A stretch of DNA of 63,895 nucleotides from Bacilli bacterium. Its GTDB lineage: Bacteria; Bacillota_I; Bacilli_A; RFN20; CAG-826. Where the stretch lies: contig JAKSVI010000005.1 of assembly GCA_024408095.1 (NCBI GenBank), positions 1 through 63,895 of the forward strand. The letters are read 5' to 3'. The notes beneath the pieces were generated by a model that was not told the DNA's origin, searched no databases, and worked only from the letters and a program-made list of their open reading frames with translations. A program made the translations under genes and the position numbers. Positions 27,271 through 37,774 of the stretch are shown in pieces. Within the stretch, counting starts at the first letter, position 1. Each line of letters opens with the position of its first letter.

Positions 27271-27884
27271 TAACCTTAAAATATTTATTTGTTAAGTTTC
27301 TGTTTTTAATACAACCATCAGCATTATTAAATTGTAAAATTGGCAAACATTCTAAAATTGGACATAGGTCAAATCTTATAAATGTCAACATTGGGAAATA
27401 CTCATATTTAGGAAATTTTAATTCTATGTGTGACGTTCAAATTGGATCTTACTGTTCTATTGCTTCTTTTTGCAGCATTGGAGGGGGAGACCATTGTATA
27501 AATCAATTTTCTACATCCCCAATTTTCTTTGAAGGTAAAAATATTTTTAAAAAAAATTTTTCAACGTTAAAGAGAAATTTATCTAAAAAAGTAATAATTG
27601 GAAATGATGTTTGGATTGGAGAAAAGGTTTTTATAAAACCTGGAATTTCCATAGGCGATGGAGCTATTATTGGCGCACATGCTGTTGTCACTAAAAACGT
27701 TGGGCCTTATGAAATCGTTTGTGGTTGTCCTGCAAGAAAAATTAAGGATAGATTTGATAAACTTACAATTGAAAGATTGATAAAATCACAATGGTGGACT
27801 TTTGACGAACGTAAATTAATGGTCGTTTTAAAAGATAATCCCAATGTTGATGATTTCTTAAAAAGAATTGAAAAATATGAATAA
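27267..27884 (+). CDS. hexapeptide-repeat O-acetyltransferase (CatB-related)
   Basis: IGNDVWIG..V.I.PG..IGDGAIIGA.AVVTK.V.PY.IV.G.PAR.IK.RF. Confidence 0.9.
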   Translation: MITLKYLFVKFLFLIQPSALLNCKIGKHSKIGHRSNLINVNIGKYSYLGNFNSMCDVQIGSYCSIASFCSIGGGDHCINQFSTSPIFFEGKNIFKKNFSTLKRNLSKKVIIGNDVWIGEKVFIKPGISIGDGAIIGAHAVVTKNVGPYEIVCGCPARKIKDRFDKLTIERLIKSQWWTFDERKLMVVLKDNPNVDDFLKRIEKYE

Positions 27885-28959
27885 ACTTTTAATTATTTCA
27901 GTATTTGCTGCTCCTTATAGGTCAAAAATTTTTGATTATTTTAAGAGCAAATATTCTCTTGATATTTTCTACGAAAGAGATTCTGATTATGGTAGAAATA
28001 AAGATTGGTTTTTAGACTGTTCTAATGTTCTTAACAATAAAAAATATTTAAAAATTTTTAAGCGATGTATGAGAAATATAGAATGTTACAAAGCTGTAAT
28101 ACTTTATGATTTTACAAGCATACATTCTATTAAGGCTATATTGCGTTGTAAGATAAAAAAAGTCCCATATTTCATTAACTGTGACGGAGTGATCTTAACT
28201 AAAAAGAAGAATCTTTTCTTTCGACTTATAAAAAAATTTCTTTTGCATAATGTTACAGGCTGTTTTGCAAGTGGCGTTTATGCAAAAAACTATTTTGTAG
28301 ATTTAAACGTTCCCTCTGATAAAATATTTATTCACAATTTTACTACCTTAGAATCTAATGATATTTTAAAAACTGTAAACCATTCTGTTTCTAAAGATTA
28401 CCTTAGACTAAAGTTTAATATTCAAAAACAATCTTATATTTATTTGGGTGTAGGCAGATTTATTGCATTAAAAAATTATTTTTGGCTTATTAAAAACTGG
28501 CCTAATGATAATAAACATTATTTGATATTAATAGGTGGTGGAGAAGAACAAACAAAATATACTGAATACATTAAATCACACGATTTAAGAAATATTATCA
28601 TCCAAGATTATTTACCTTTTGAACAAATAAAAAAATATTATCAAGGTGCCGACTTTTTTATTCATCCAACTACATATGATTCCTGGGGCTTGGTTATTAA
28701 TGAAGCATTATCAAATGGATGCCCAGTTATTTCATCAAACAAATGCATTGCGGCCTTAGAGTTAATTAAAAATAATTACAATGGCTTTGTTGTTGACTTT
28801 GATAAAATCGATATTAATTATATTTTCAATTTATTCGAAAATTATAATCCTAGTAAAATGAAATTACTCAGAAATAATTGTCTTAACAGTATAAAGGAAT
28901 TTACAATAAAAAACATGGCGTTAACACAAATAAATGCAATTGAGAGGAGCATTAAATGA
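27877..28959 (+). CDS. glycosyltransferase family 4
   Basis: GVGRF...KN; D.WGLVINEA.S.G.PVI (EX7E variant). Confidence 0.88.
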   Translation: MNKLLIISVFAAPYRSKIFDYFKSKYSLDIFYERDSDYGRNKDWFLDCSNVLNNKKYLKIFKRCMRNIECYKAVILYDFTSIHSIKAILRCKIKKVPYFINCDGVILTKKKNLFFRLIKKFLLHNVTGCFASGVYAKNYFVDLNVPSDKIFIHNFTTLESNDILKTVNHSVSKDYLRLKFNIQKQSYIYLGVGRFIALKNYFWLIKNWPNDNKHYLILIGGGEEQTKYTEYIKSHDLRNIIIQDYLPFEQIKKYYQGADFFIHPTTYDSWGLVINEALSNGCPVISSNKCIAALELIKNNYNGFVVDFDKIDINYIFNLFENYNPSKMKLLRNNCLNSIKEFTIKNMALTQINAIERSIK

Positions 28960-29822
28960 AAACTGGAATAACCTGCATCATATTAACTAAAAATGAAGAA
29001 AACAATATTGAAAATTGTATTAAATCAATAATAAATATTGCTGAAAGAATTGTTGTTGTTGATAGTGGAAGTACAGATAAAACGATTGACATTGCCAAGA
29101 AGTATAACTGTGATATTTATTTTCATGAATTTGTGAGCTATGCACATCAACAGAATTGGGCTCTAGATAATACTTCAATTACTACCAAATGGGTTTATAG
29201 AATTGATGCAGATGAGGTTGTTACACCTGCTTTAGAAAAAGAAATTTTAGATAATATTCAGCTGCATTCAAACGATGATATTACAGGATTCGTAATGAAG
29301 TTTAAAATATTTTTTTTAGGAAAGTTGTTAAAGCATGCTGGGAATTATCCATTTTTAAATTTAGTTATTTGGAAATATGGCCATGGTAGATTTTCAGAAA
29401 GATATATGGGAGAACATGTGATTTTATCAGATGGTAAATCAATAACTTTAAAAAACTATTGTGAGCATCACGATTGTAAAAGTATAGATTCTTTCATTTC
29501 TAAACATAATTGGTACGCAACAAGAGAAGTTATCGATTTTTATGAAAGAAATGGATTAAACGAAACCAAAACCAATTTGTATGAAAATGCAAAAAAGACT
29601 CAAAAATTAAGAGATGGTTTTTACTATAAAATGCCCTATTTTTTCCGTGCAAAAATGTATTACATTTACAGATATATTATTAAACTTGGCTTTTTAGATG
29701 GAAAAGCAGGTAAGGCTTATTGCTGGCTGCAAGCCTATTGGTATAGGTTTGTTGTTGATACAAAGTTATTGGAGTGTAAAATAAATGGAACCATCTATCA
29801 GCCTCCTGGATCATTAAAGTAG
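28956..29822 (+). CDS. glycosyltransferase family 2
   Basis: ILTKNEE, VVDSGSTDKT, RIDADE. Confidence 0.92.
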   Translation: MKTGITCIILTKNEENNIENCIKSIINIAERIVVVDSGSTDKTIDIAKKYNCDIYFHEFVSYAHQQNWALDNTSITTKWVYRIDADEVVTPALEKEILDNIQLHSNDDITGFVMKFKIFFLGKLLKHAGNYPFLNLVIWKYGHGRFSERYMGEHVILSDGKSITLKNYCEHHDCKSIDSFISKHNWYATREVIDFYERNGLNETKTNLYENAKKTQKLRDGFYYKMPYFFRAKMYYIYRYIIKLGFLDGKAGKAYCWLQAYWYRFVVDTKLLECKINGTIYQPPGSLK

Positions 29823-29828
29823 ATTAAT

Positions 29829-30989
29829 ATGAATATTTGTTTTTTATGTCAATTTTTTTATCCTTCTAATCTCTCTTCAGCACGACTTCCATATGAAACA
29901 GCTTTAAGTTTTAAAAAAAATGGTCATAACGTATCTTGCATTACTGAAGCCCTTTCAAATGATTCTAAAATTGAAGAAGATGTATTCGGCATAAAAGTTT
30001 TTCATATACAAAAAAAATATAATGACCACACATTCTGGGGGAGGATAAAAAATTTTATCTCATTTAGTTTTAATGTTTATAAAAAATTAAAAAAAATGAA
30101 TTCTGTTGATATTGTATTTGTTTATTCAAATCCACCAATTTTGCCACTTGTTGCGAGCGTATTAAAGAAAAAAAAGCGTTTTAAAATTATATTTGTTAGT
30201 TATGATGTTTACCCTGAAATAGCCATTGCAACAAAGCAAATTAAAAAAGCATCCATTTATACTTTATTTATGAAAATATGCAATAAAATTATCTTTTCTA
30301 AAATTGATAAGGTTGTGGCCATATCTAATGAAATGAAGAATTTTATATCATCTAAACGCTCATTTAACAAAGAAAACATTTTGGTTATTCCAAATTGGGG
30401 AGAGAAAATTGAAAAATGTTACCCCAGTTTTAATAACTTTTGCATTTCTTATGTTGGAAATCTAGGTATTTGTCAAGATATTGATAGTCTTCTAAGACTT
30501 ATATATTATTTTGGAGATAAAAAGGGCTTTGTTTTTAATATTGCAGGGCAAGGAAAAAAATATAAAAAAATTAAAGATACCATAGAAAGCAATAAATATA
30601 GCAACATCTTTCTTTATCCGTTTGTTAGCGGGGATCAATTGCAATCCATTATGTCCAGTTCTAATTGTTACTTAATTACTTTATGTTCGAATTTAAATGG
30701 ATTATGCTTTCCGAGCAAACTTTACACATATGCTGCTTACGGAAGGCCAATTATCTTTGTCGGTGACAACGTTGATGTATCAAACGAAATACACAATAAC
30801 GGCTTAGGAAAAGCGTTTAAAAGCAATGAAATTTGCTCGTGTATCACATATATCGAAGAAATGTCATTAGTATCGTCTGATAAGCAAAAAGAATCTATTG
30901 ACAATTTATATAAAAACAACTGTGTAATTTATAACAAGGAACAATGTTTACAAAAGTACATAGAATTAGTTGAAAATATTGCAAAGTAA
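29829..30989 (+). CDS. glycosyltransferase family 4
   Basis: QFFYP, YSNPP, YDVYPE, YVGNLG..QD, FPSK.Y.Y.A.GRPII. Confidence 0.88.
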   Translation: MNICFLCQFFYPSNLSSARLPYETALSFKKNGHNVSCITEALSNDSKIEEDVFGIKVFHIQKKYNDHTFWGRIKNFISFSFNVYKKLKKMNSVDIVFVYSNPPILPLVASVLKKKKRFKIIFVSYDVYPEIAIATKQIKKASIYTLFMKICNKIIFSKIDKVVAISNEMKNFISSKRSFNKENILVIPNWGEKIEKCYPSFNNFCISYVGNLGICQDIDSLLRLIYYFGDKKGFVFNIAGQGKKYKKIKDTIESNKYSNIFLYPFVSGDQLQSIMSSSNCYLITLCSNLNGLCFPSKLYTYAAYGRPIIFVGDNVDVSNEIHNNGLGKAFKSNEICSCITYIEEMSLVSSDKQKESIDNLYKNNCVIYNKEQCLQKYIELVENIAK

Positions 30990-31019
30990 TTAGCTTTTAT
31001 ATAACATATAGTAAATTTT

Positions 31020-31832
31020 ATGGTTAGAATATTGATTGTTGGTGCAAATAGTTATATTGGTAATTATTTTATTAATTTATTTAATAAAAAGTATGTTTTT
31101 AAAACAATTGATGCACGAAAGGAACTTAAAGATGAATTCTATAATAATATAGATGTTGTTATTCATCTTGCTGCCATAGTTCATAAAAACGAAAAAAAAT
31201 CTAATTTTAATTTATATAATTTAGTTAATAATGAACTTGCTGTTAATTCTTTTTTAAAAGCAAAAAATGCTGGTGTTAAGCAGTTTATTTTTATGTCGAG
31301 TATGGCATTATTTGGTAATGAAACTAATTTATGGAAAATCGATAAGATATCTAAAACAACAAAGCCAAATCCGAAAACATATTATGGTAAAAGCAAACTT
31401 CTCGCCGAACAAAATATTAGCCAATTAAAAGACAGTATAAAAGTTGTTTTTGTTAGGGCACCTATGGTTTATGGAAATGGCTGTAAAGGCAATTATCCGA
31501 AACTACTCAAATTTGCTGAAAAAATACCTTTTGTTCCCAATATAAATAATCAAAGATCTACAATTTCTGTAGATAATTTATGCTTATTCATAAATAAAGC
31601 AATAGAAAAAGGATTTGATGGATTTTATTCTCCACAAGACCCATCTTTTGCAAACACTAAAGAAATTCTTATTAATGAAAAAATAAGATTAAATAAAAAA
31701 GTACGACTAACCAGTTTTTTTAATCCTTTAATTTATGTTATGTCATTATTTTCCTCGTCAATAAGAAAAGCTTTTGGATCTAAAATTTATGATTACGGAA
31801 GCATTGACGATGATATCAATGTAAGATATTAA
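31020..31832 (+). CDS. NAD-dependent epimerase/dehydratase
   Basis: GANSYIG Rossmann motif, HLAAIVH, YGKSK catalytic YxxxK, R.PMVYG. Confidence 0.9.
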   Translation: MVRILIVGANSYIGNYFINLFNKKYVFKTIDARKELKDEFYNNIDVVIHLAAIVHKNEKKSNFNLYNLVNNELAVNSFLKAKNAGVKQFIFMSSMALFGNETNLWKIDKISKTTKPNPKTYYGKSKLLAEQNISQLKDSIKVVFVRAPMVYGNGCKGNYPKLLKFAEKIPFVPNINNQRSTISVDNLCLFINKAIEKGFDGFYSPQDPSFANTKEILINEKIRLNKKVRLTSFFNPLIYVMSLFSSSIRKAFGSKIYDYGSIDDDINVRY

Positions 31833-31968
31833 TTTAATTTTTATTAAAGTAAAGACAAATGTTTTGGTGAATATTTTATATCAAATTTATTTTTGAAAAT
31901 AGCTAAAATTATTAAGTTTATAAAGTTTTTGTTGAAATAATATTTTAATTTTCTAAAATATACGAGAT

Positions 31969-33822
31969 ATGAAGAAATCATTTAGTCACTATTTTCATTA
32001 CTTATATATATTTGCTGATATAATTGTTGGCTTTATTATTGTTTATCTTCCGTTCTTAACTAATTTTGGGTTTGATGAAATAAATCCTGCTACAGTTCCT
32101 GCGGCGTTAATTTATACTGCCTGTAATGTTGGTTTAGTAGTAATATTTTTTGCCATTTTTAAGATTTATAAAATGCTAACAAGTGATTTTGGAATTATTG
32201 AAGCTGTCAAAATAGCGTTAATTGCACTAGGAATACAGCTTATAGGATTAATTGTTATTACATTTGTTCCTCACTTACCTAAAATTGAAAACTTTATATT
32301 TGGTTGGATTTTATCAACAATAGCTTTAATTTTCTCTTTACCTGCACTTAGAATGTTAGTTCGCCTTTCATTATTAGTTTTTGTCTACAGAAGAAAGAAA
32401 AACACTATTAGGACATTAGTTGTTGGTGCTGGCTCTGCTGGGAAAATTGTTGTTGATGAATCTAGAAGAAATGTAGATAACCACAATAAAGTAGTGGCGT
32501 TTATCGATGATGATAAAGAAAAAATTAATGGTTCATTCGCGGGCTTACCCGTTAAAGGACCAATTTCTAAAATAAACTCAGTTATTGAATATTATGATAT
32601 TGAAGAAGTAGTTATAGCTATTGCAGATTTAACTAAAGAAAGATTACGTGAAATTATTGCTGAAATAAATTCTAATAATGTGAGAATTAGAAGAATGCCA
32701 TTATTAACAGAAATGGAAGGCCCTAATGATCATAAAATTGTTGATATTGATTTAGATGAATTATTATGTAGACCACCTGTTATTCTTGATAATACTGAAG
32801 TAAATGAAATGTTATCTAACAAAATTGTTATGGTAACTGGTGCGGGTGGATCAATTGGTTCTGAATTAGTTAGACAAATATTCAAAACTCATCCAAAAAC
32901 TTTAATTCTATTCGATATATATGAAAATTCAACATATGACATTCAACAACAACTCAGAATGTTAATGAGAGAGCAAAATATTAATGATATTGAACTTGTT
33001 ACCTTAATTGGCTCAACTTATAACGAAGTTAGAGTCGAACAAATTATTAAAAAATATCGTCCAGATTATATTTATCATGCCGCGGCATACAAACATGTCC
33101 CTCTTATGGAAGATTCGCCTGCAGAGGCTATTCGTACTAATGTTATTGGAACATACAATGTTGCTCGTTTAGCAGATAAATATGGCGTTAAAAAAATGGT
33201 TCTTGTTTCTACTGACAAGGCTGTTAGACCAACTAACGTTATGGGCGCAACAAAAAGATTTGCAGAAACTATAATTCAATATTTTTCAGATAAATCCAAA
33301 AATACAGCATATGCCGCAGTTAGATTCGGTAATGTTTTAGGTAGTAATGGTTCAGTTGTTCCATTATTTAAAAAGCAAATAGAATCTGGTGGTCCAATTA
33401 CTCTTACTGATAAAGAAATTATTAGATATTTCATGACCATTCCCGAAGCTGTTTCGTTAATTCTTCAATGTGGTTTATTTGCTAATGGTGGAGAAATCTT
33501 TATTTTAGATATGGGAAAACCAGTAAAGATTATAGATTTAGCAGAGAAATTAATTAGACAATCTGGTTTAGTTCCATATAAAGACATCGATATTGTTGTT
33601 ACTGGATTAAGGCCTGGTGAAAAATTATACGAAGAGCTACTTTTAGATAAAAATACACAACAAAGAACTAAAAATGAGAAAATTTTTGTTGAAGCAAAAG
33701 GCAAAATTTTTGAAATTGAAAAAGAAATTGAAACAATATCTGTGGTATTTAATATGGATTCACAATCTGATGTTAAATCGTTATTGTCAAAAATTATAGA
33801 TACATATTGTCCGCAAAAATAA
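31969..33822 (+). CDS. CapD/PglF-type nucleotide-sugar 4,6-dehydratase
   Basis: 4 TM, VTGAGGSIGSEL, HAAAYKHVP, STDKAV.PTNVMGATK, RFGNVLGSNGSV, GLRPGEKLYEEL. Confidence 0.95.
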   Translation: MKKSFSHYFHYLYIFADIIVGFIIVYLPFLTNFGFDEINPATVPAALIYTACNVGLVVIFFAIFKIYKMLTSDFGIIEAVKIALIALGIQLIGLIVITFVPHLPKIENFIFGWILSTIALIFSLPALRMLVRLSLLVFVYRRKKNTIRTLVVGAGSAGKIVVDESRRNVDNHNKVVAFIDDDKEKINGSFAGLPVKGPISKINSVIEYYDIEEVVIAIADLTKERLREIIAEINSNNVRIRRMPLLTEMEGPNDHKIVDIDLDELLCRPPVILDNTEVNEMLSNKIVMVTGAGGSIGSELVRQIFKTHPKTLILFDIYENSTYDIQQQLRMLMREQNINDIELVTLIGSTYNEVRVEQIIKKYRPDYIYHAAAYKHVPLMEDSPAEAIRTNVIGTYNVARLADKYGVKKMVLVSTDKAVRPTNVMGATKRFAETIIQYFSDKSKNTAYAAVRFGNVLGSNGSVVPLFKKQIESGGPITLTDKEIIRYFMTIPEAVSLILQCGLFANGGEIFILDMGKPVKIIDLAEKLIRQSGLVPYKDIDIVVTGLRPGEKLYEELLLDKNTQQRTKNEKIFVEAKGKIFEIEKEIETISVVFNMDSQSDVKSLLSKIIDTYCPQK

Positions 33823-33824
33823 TT

Positions 33825-34436
33825 ATGAAGCTTTCAGTTAGACAGAAAATTTATTTACCATTTAAAAGATTCTTTGACATATTTTGCTCATTTTTAGCCA
33901 TTGTTGTTTTTTCTTGGCTTTATATAATTTTAGGTTTGCTTATTGTTATAACATCAAAAGGTGGATTGTTTTTTAAACAAAAACGTATTGGCAAAAATAA
34001 AAAGATATTTAATATTTTAAAATTTAGAACAATGAGAATAGATACTCCTCATGACACCCCGACTCATTTATTAGACAATCCTGATAAATATATTACAAAA
34101 GTGGGAAAATTTTTAAGAAAAACATCGTTAGATGAAATACCTCAAGCTTTTAATATTTTTATTGGTCAGATGAGTGTTGTTGGACCTCGTCCCGCTCTTT
34201 GGAACCAAGATGATTTGGTCGCAGAAAGAGATAAATATGGAGCCAATGATATAAAACCTGGCCTTTCTGGATGGGCACAATGTAATGGACGCGATACATT
34301 GCCGATCCCAGAAAAAGCTAAATTAGATGGCGAATACGTAAAAAAATTCAATATATGGTTTGATATTAAAATTATATTTAGAACCGCAATCCAAGCGTTT
34401 GTAGGAAAAGATGAGGAAGAGGGAAAAAAACAATAA
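33825..34436 (+). CDS. initiating sugar (phosphoglycosyl) transferase
   Basis: KRFFDI, KFRTM, FLRKTSLDEIPQ, GQMSVVGPRP, KPGLSGWAQ. Confidence 0.95.
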   Translation: MKLSVRQKIYLPFKRFFDIFCSFLAIVVFSWLYIILGLLIVITSKGGLFFKQKRIGKNKKIFNILKFRTMRIDTPHDTPTHLLDNPDKYITKVGKFLRKTSLDEIPQAFNIFIGQMSVVGPRPALWNQDDLVAERDKYGANDIKPGLSGWAQCNGRDTLPIPEKAKLDGEYVKKFNIWFDIKIIFRTAIQAFVGKDEEEGKKQ

Positions 34437-34683
34437 TATATTTATTAATAATAATTATTTTTTGCTTCTAATTAGGCATTAAAATATTCTTCTTAACAAT
34501 AGTCAAAATATTTAAAAGGGATTCAGGTGCTAGATAGGCGCATTCTTTGTAGCCAATAAAATAAAGTTTTCAAAATTGTGATTTTGGAACAATATAGTAA
34601 AAAAATGTGCATATAGGACACGACCAAAATCGTGTTTTTATATTTTCCTTTTTCTTTATGTCATCTGATGAATATTTATATAT

Positions 34684-35154
34684 TTATTCGTTAAGCAATT
34701 TTTCTATTATATTTTCAAAAGATAAAGGCTTTTCGTTTGGTTCAAAACGATATCTTATTTTGCCATTACGATCTATAAGAAATTTAGTAAAATTCCATTT
34801 AATCTTTTTGCCGTTACTTTCTTGCTTTAGAAATGTATATAAAGGATGTTCATTTTTGCCATTGACATCAATCTTAATAAATTGTGGGAATTCAACCATA
34901 AACTTTATTCGACAAGCTTCATGATATTGTTCTGATGTACCTGGTGCTTGAAATAAGAATTGATTACAAGGGAAATCAAGTATTTCAAATCCCTTATCTT
35001 TATATTTTTCATATAGTTTATCTAAATCATCATATTGATTAGTAAATCCACATTTAGTAGCAGTGTTAACCACTAAAAGAACTTTACCTTTAAAACTTTG
35101 GAAATCTATTTCCTTACCTGTATAATCTTTAATTTTGAAATCATATATTGTCAT
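34684..35154 (-). CDS. glutathione peroxidase family (Cys-type)
   Basis: VNTATKCGFT (Cys from TGT), FPCNQF..Q.PG, KWNFTKFLID. Confidence 0.93.
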   Translation of the reverse strand: MTIYDFKIKDYTGKEIDFQSFKGKVLLVVNTATKCGFTNQYDDLDKLYEKYKDKGFEILDFPCNQFLFQAPGTSEQYHEACRIKFMVEFPQFIKIDVNGKNEHPLYTFLKQESNGKKIKWNFTKFLIDRNGKIRYRFEPNEKPLSFENIIEKLLNE

Positions 35155-35412
35155 TTATTTATCCTCCTTAAGATATCATTACGACATTAACTTCATCTTT
35201 ATTATAAGTGACTATTTATTTAAATATAGAAATGATGCAACTTTCCTTTTTAATTGTTACCTATAAAAAACTAAAGGTATCTTCTTGAATATTGACATTT
35301 ATTTATATTATTTTAAATAGTAAAATTTAATTAGAATTAACCAAAGGTAACATAGAAAAAAGATTATAATTGTTAAGGTATTTTATAATATCTTTTAAAT
35401 GGAGGATTCTTT

Positions 35413-37575
35413 ATGATTAAAATTTTTAAAATAGAAAATATGTATGGTATTAAAAAATTATTGTCGCCCGAGTTAATTAAAGGCAACACAATTATTTATG
35501 CACCAAATGGTGTGATGAAAACATCATTTGCAGATGGCATGAATGACATTATTTGTGGAAAGGTTCCATATGATGCATTTTGTTTTCCAAAAATAAGTTC
35601 AACTTTTAAAATAGAAAATAATGGTAAATTAATAAGCAATTCATCCACTTCATTTACTATTGATGCATTTGTGTTTAAGCCTTCTGATTATAGCAGAGAT
35701 GTTTTTTCCGATCCTAAAATCGGATCTCTAGTGATGTCTAATTCTCTGAAAATAAAATATAAAAACACTATAGAAGAATACAAAAAAGACTTAGATAAAA
35801 TTAATGAATTGATATCTAAAATTGTGTTTGGTAAGAAAAAAATAGATATTGTAGATATTGATGTTTTGATTGATGCACTTGGTGGTGATAATTTTGAAAA
35901 TACTATATTGAGCATTCCGGATTTAAGCGTCTATAACGATGATTACTACAAAACAATTGAATATTATGAAATATTTAACGAAAAAACCTTTGCTGTTATA
36001 GAATCTCCGGATTTTGTTAAAAAGTGCAATGCTTATAATAAATATATTAATGTTGAATTGGATAAAACGGTTTTTAATAATGGCTTTGATTTCAATGGTC
36101 TTCTCAAAGTTCAAAAAGAATTAATTTCAAGCAACTATTTTGATGCTGGCAATAAAGTGCACTTAAATAGCCAAACAGAAATGGACAAGAAAGGATTACA
36201 GGAGTATGTGGATAAAGTTATAAGAGATGTTTATGTCTCTCCAGAAGCAAGATTACTTTTTGAAGATGCGCAAAAAGTGCTTAACAAAAATAAAGATACA
36301 AAAAAATTAGCTAAAATTTTATGTGATGATAATCGATGTTTGAAAGAACTATCGAACCAAGCTGATTTTAAAAAGAAAATAATTTATACAAAATTAAGAA
36401 ACTTTTCAGATGAAATAGAATTATTAAAGAAAAAAATAGAAGTATATCAAAAAGATATTAAAAGTTTAATTGATGAAGCAGAAAAAACTAAAGAAACGTG
36501 GAAGAAAATCCTTGATGAATATAATAACAGATTTATCTCAAATAAATTTAATGTGGTTATAGAAAATATTAAGGATGCCATCTTAGATATTAATCCACCA
36601 GTTTTTAAAAAGGTAATCAAGGGTACAAATAAAGAAATTACTGAGGAAGTATTTAAAAGGTTTAGTTCTGGCGAACGAAGAGCAGTAATGATTTTAAATT
36701 TATTGTTTGAGATTGAGTTAAGAAAAGGACAGAAATTTGCTTTAATATTAGATGATATTTCAGATTCCTTTGATTATAAAAATAAATATGCAATTATTGA
36801 ATGCCTCAAAGATATTGCAAAAAACACTAATATTCAACTTATAATTTTAACCCATAATTTTGATTTTTATCGATCAGTAAGATTATCTTTAGGGAATGAT
36901 TTGAACTCTAAATTATTCGCATATACTAGTGGAAACGATGTTGCACTTTTTGATGCAAAAACCAAAAATTATGAGAATTTCTCTTTTTATACCTCTTGGA
37001 AAGGAAATGGAAATGAAAAAGAGGTAATTGCGACAATTCCCTTTTTGAGAAACCTTGTTCAGCTCCAATCGGGTAACGATGATGACGACTATACAATCTT
37101 AACAAAATTTCTTCACTATAACGAAAATTTGGAATCAGCCAATATTTCTGAATTATATGATGTTCTGGATAGAAATCATGTTGTTCACTCTTTTGATGAT
37201 TTTAATTATTTACAAAAGTTAAAAGAGATTACTTATGGAATAATAACTGATGATAATATAAATGAAACGGATTTATTGGAAAAAGTAATTCTGGGAATTT
37301 TTATTAGAATTTATTCAGATAAAATTATGTTTAAAAAAAATACTGAAATATTTGGTACAAAACCCGAAATGGACAATGTTTATAACCCATCACGGGTCTT
37401 ATATGAAAAAATTAAAAATTCTTTGGATGAGAATCTATTAAAAGTTATTCAAACAGCATTAATTGTTTCTCCATCATTTATTCATGTTAATTCTTTTATG
37501 TTTGAGCCCTTGATTGATGTTGGCACTGAAAGATTGAAAGAAACAGCGAGTGAAATTATGAATCTTTTAATTTGA
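35413..37575 (+). CDS. ABC/SMC-like ATPase with long helical insert; putative defence protein
   Basis: Walker A variant APNGVMKTS, signature FSSGERR, Walker B LILDD, D-loop DSFD, LTHN H-loop; unexplained ~230-aa C-terminal domain. Confidence 0.72.
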   Translation: MIKIFKIENMYGIKKLLSPELIKGNTIIYAPNGVMKTSFADGMNDIICGKVPYDAFCFPKISSTFKIENNGKLISNSSTSFTIDAFVFKPSDYSRDVFSDPKIGSLVMSNSLKIKYKNTIEEYKKDLDKINELISKIVFGKKKIDIVDIDVLIDALGGDNFENTILSIPDLSVYNDDYYKTIEYYEIFNEKTFAVIESPDFVKKCNAYNKYINVELDKTVFNNGFDFNGLLKVQKELISSNYFDAGNKVHLNSQTEMDKKGLQEYVDKVIRDVYVSPEARLLFEDAQKVLNKNKDTKKLAKILCDDNRCLKELSNQADFKKKIIYTKLRNFSDEIELLKKKIEVYQKDIKSLIDEAEKTKETWKKILDEYNNRFISNKFNVVIENIKDAILDINPPVFKKVIKGTNKEITEEVFKRFSSGERRAVMILNLLFEIELRKGQKFALILDDISDSFDYKNKYAIIECLKDIAKNTNIQLIILTHNFDFYRSVRLSLGNDLNSKLFAYTSGNDVALFDAKTKNYENFSFYTSWKGNGNEKEVIATIPFLRNLVQLQSGNDDDDYTILTKFLHYNENLESANISELYDVLDRNHVVHSFDDFNYLQKLKEITYGIITDDNINETDLLEKVILGIFIRIYSDKIMFKKNTEIFGTKPEMDNVYNPSRVLYEKIKNSLDENLLKVIQTALIVSPSFIHVNSFMFEPLIDVGTERLKETASEIMNLLI

Positions 37576-37774
37576 ATTATAAATCTTAATATTTTCTGTT
37601 TGCGTTTAAATATATAGATGTTTGCAAGTAGCTCAAAAAGTTTAAAATAATATCAATCTTGACGTGAAAAGATTATGATCAAAACACAATACGCTATTCA
37701 TTATTGAAGTTCATAATTTTCTAATATATAATATCTATGTTCAAAATCTTTGAACTTAAATAAGGGAGATAAAA

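Noticed and set aside
34515-34555. GC-richer possible hairpin after the polysaccharide cluster
   Set aside because: Pairing is weak and there is no promoter, second copy or recognisable RNA motif
34607-34924. 105-aa plus-strand ORF
   Set aside because: Antisense to the well-supported glutathione peroxidase gene, with a GTG start and no RBS
34684-35154. Selenocysteine-type glutathione peroxidase
   Set aside because: The active-site codon is TGT (Cys) and there is no in-frame TGA
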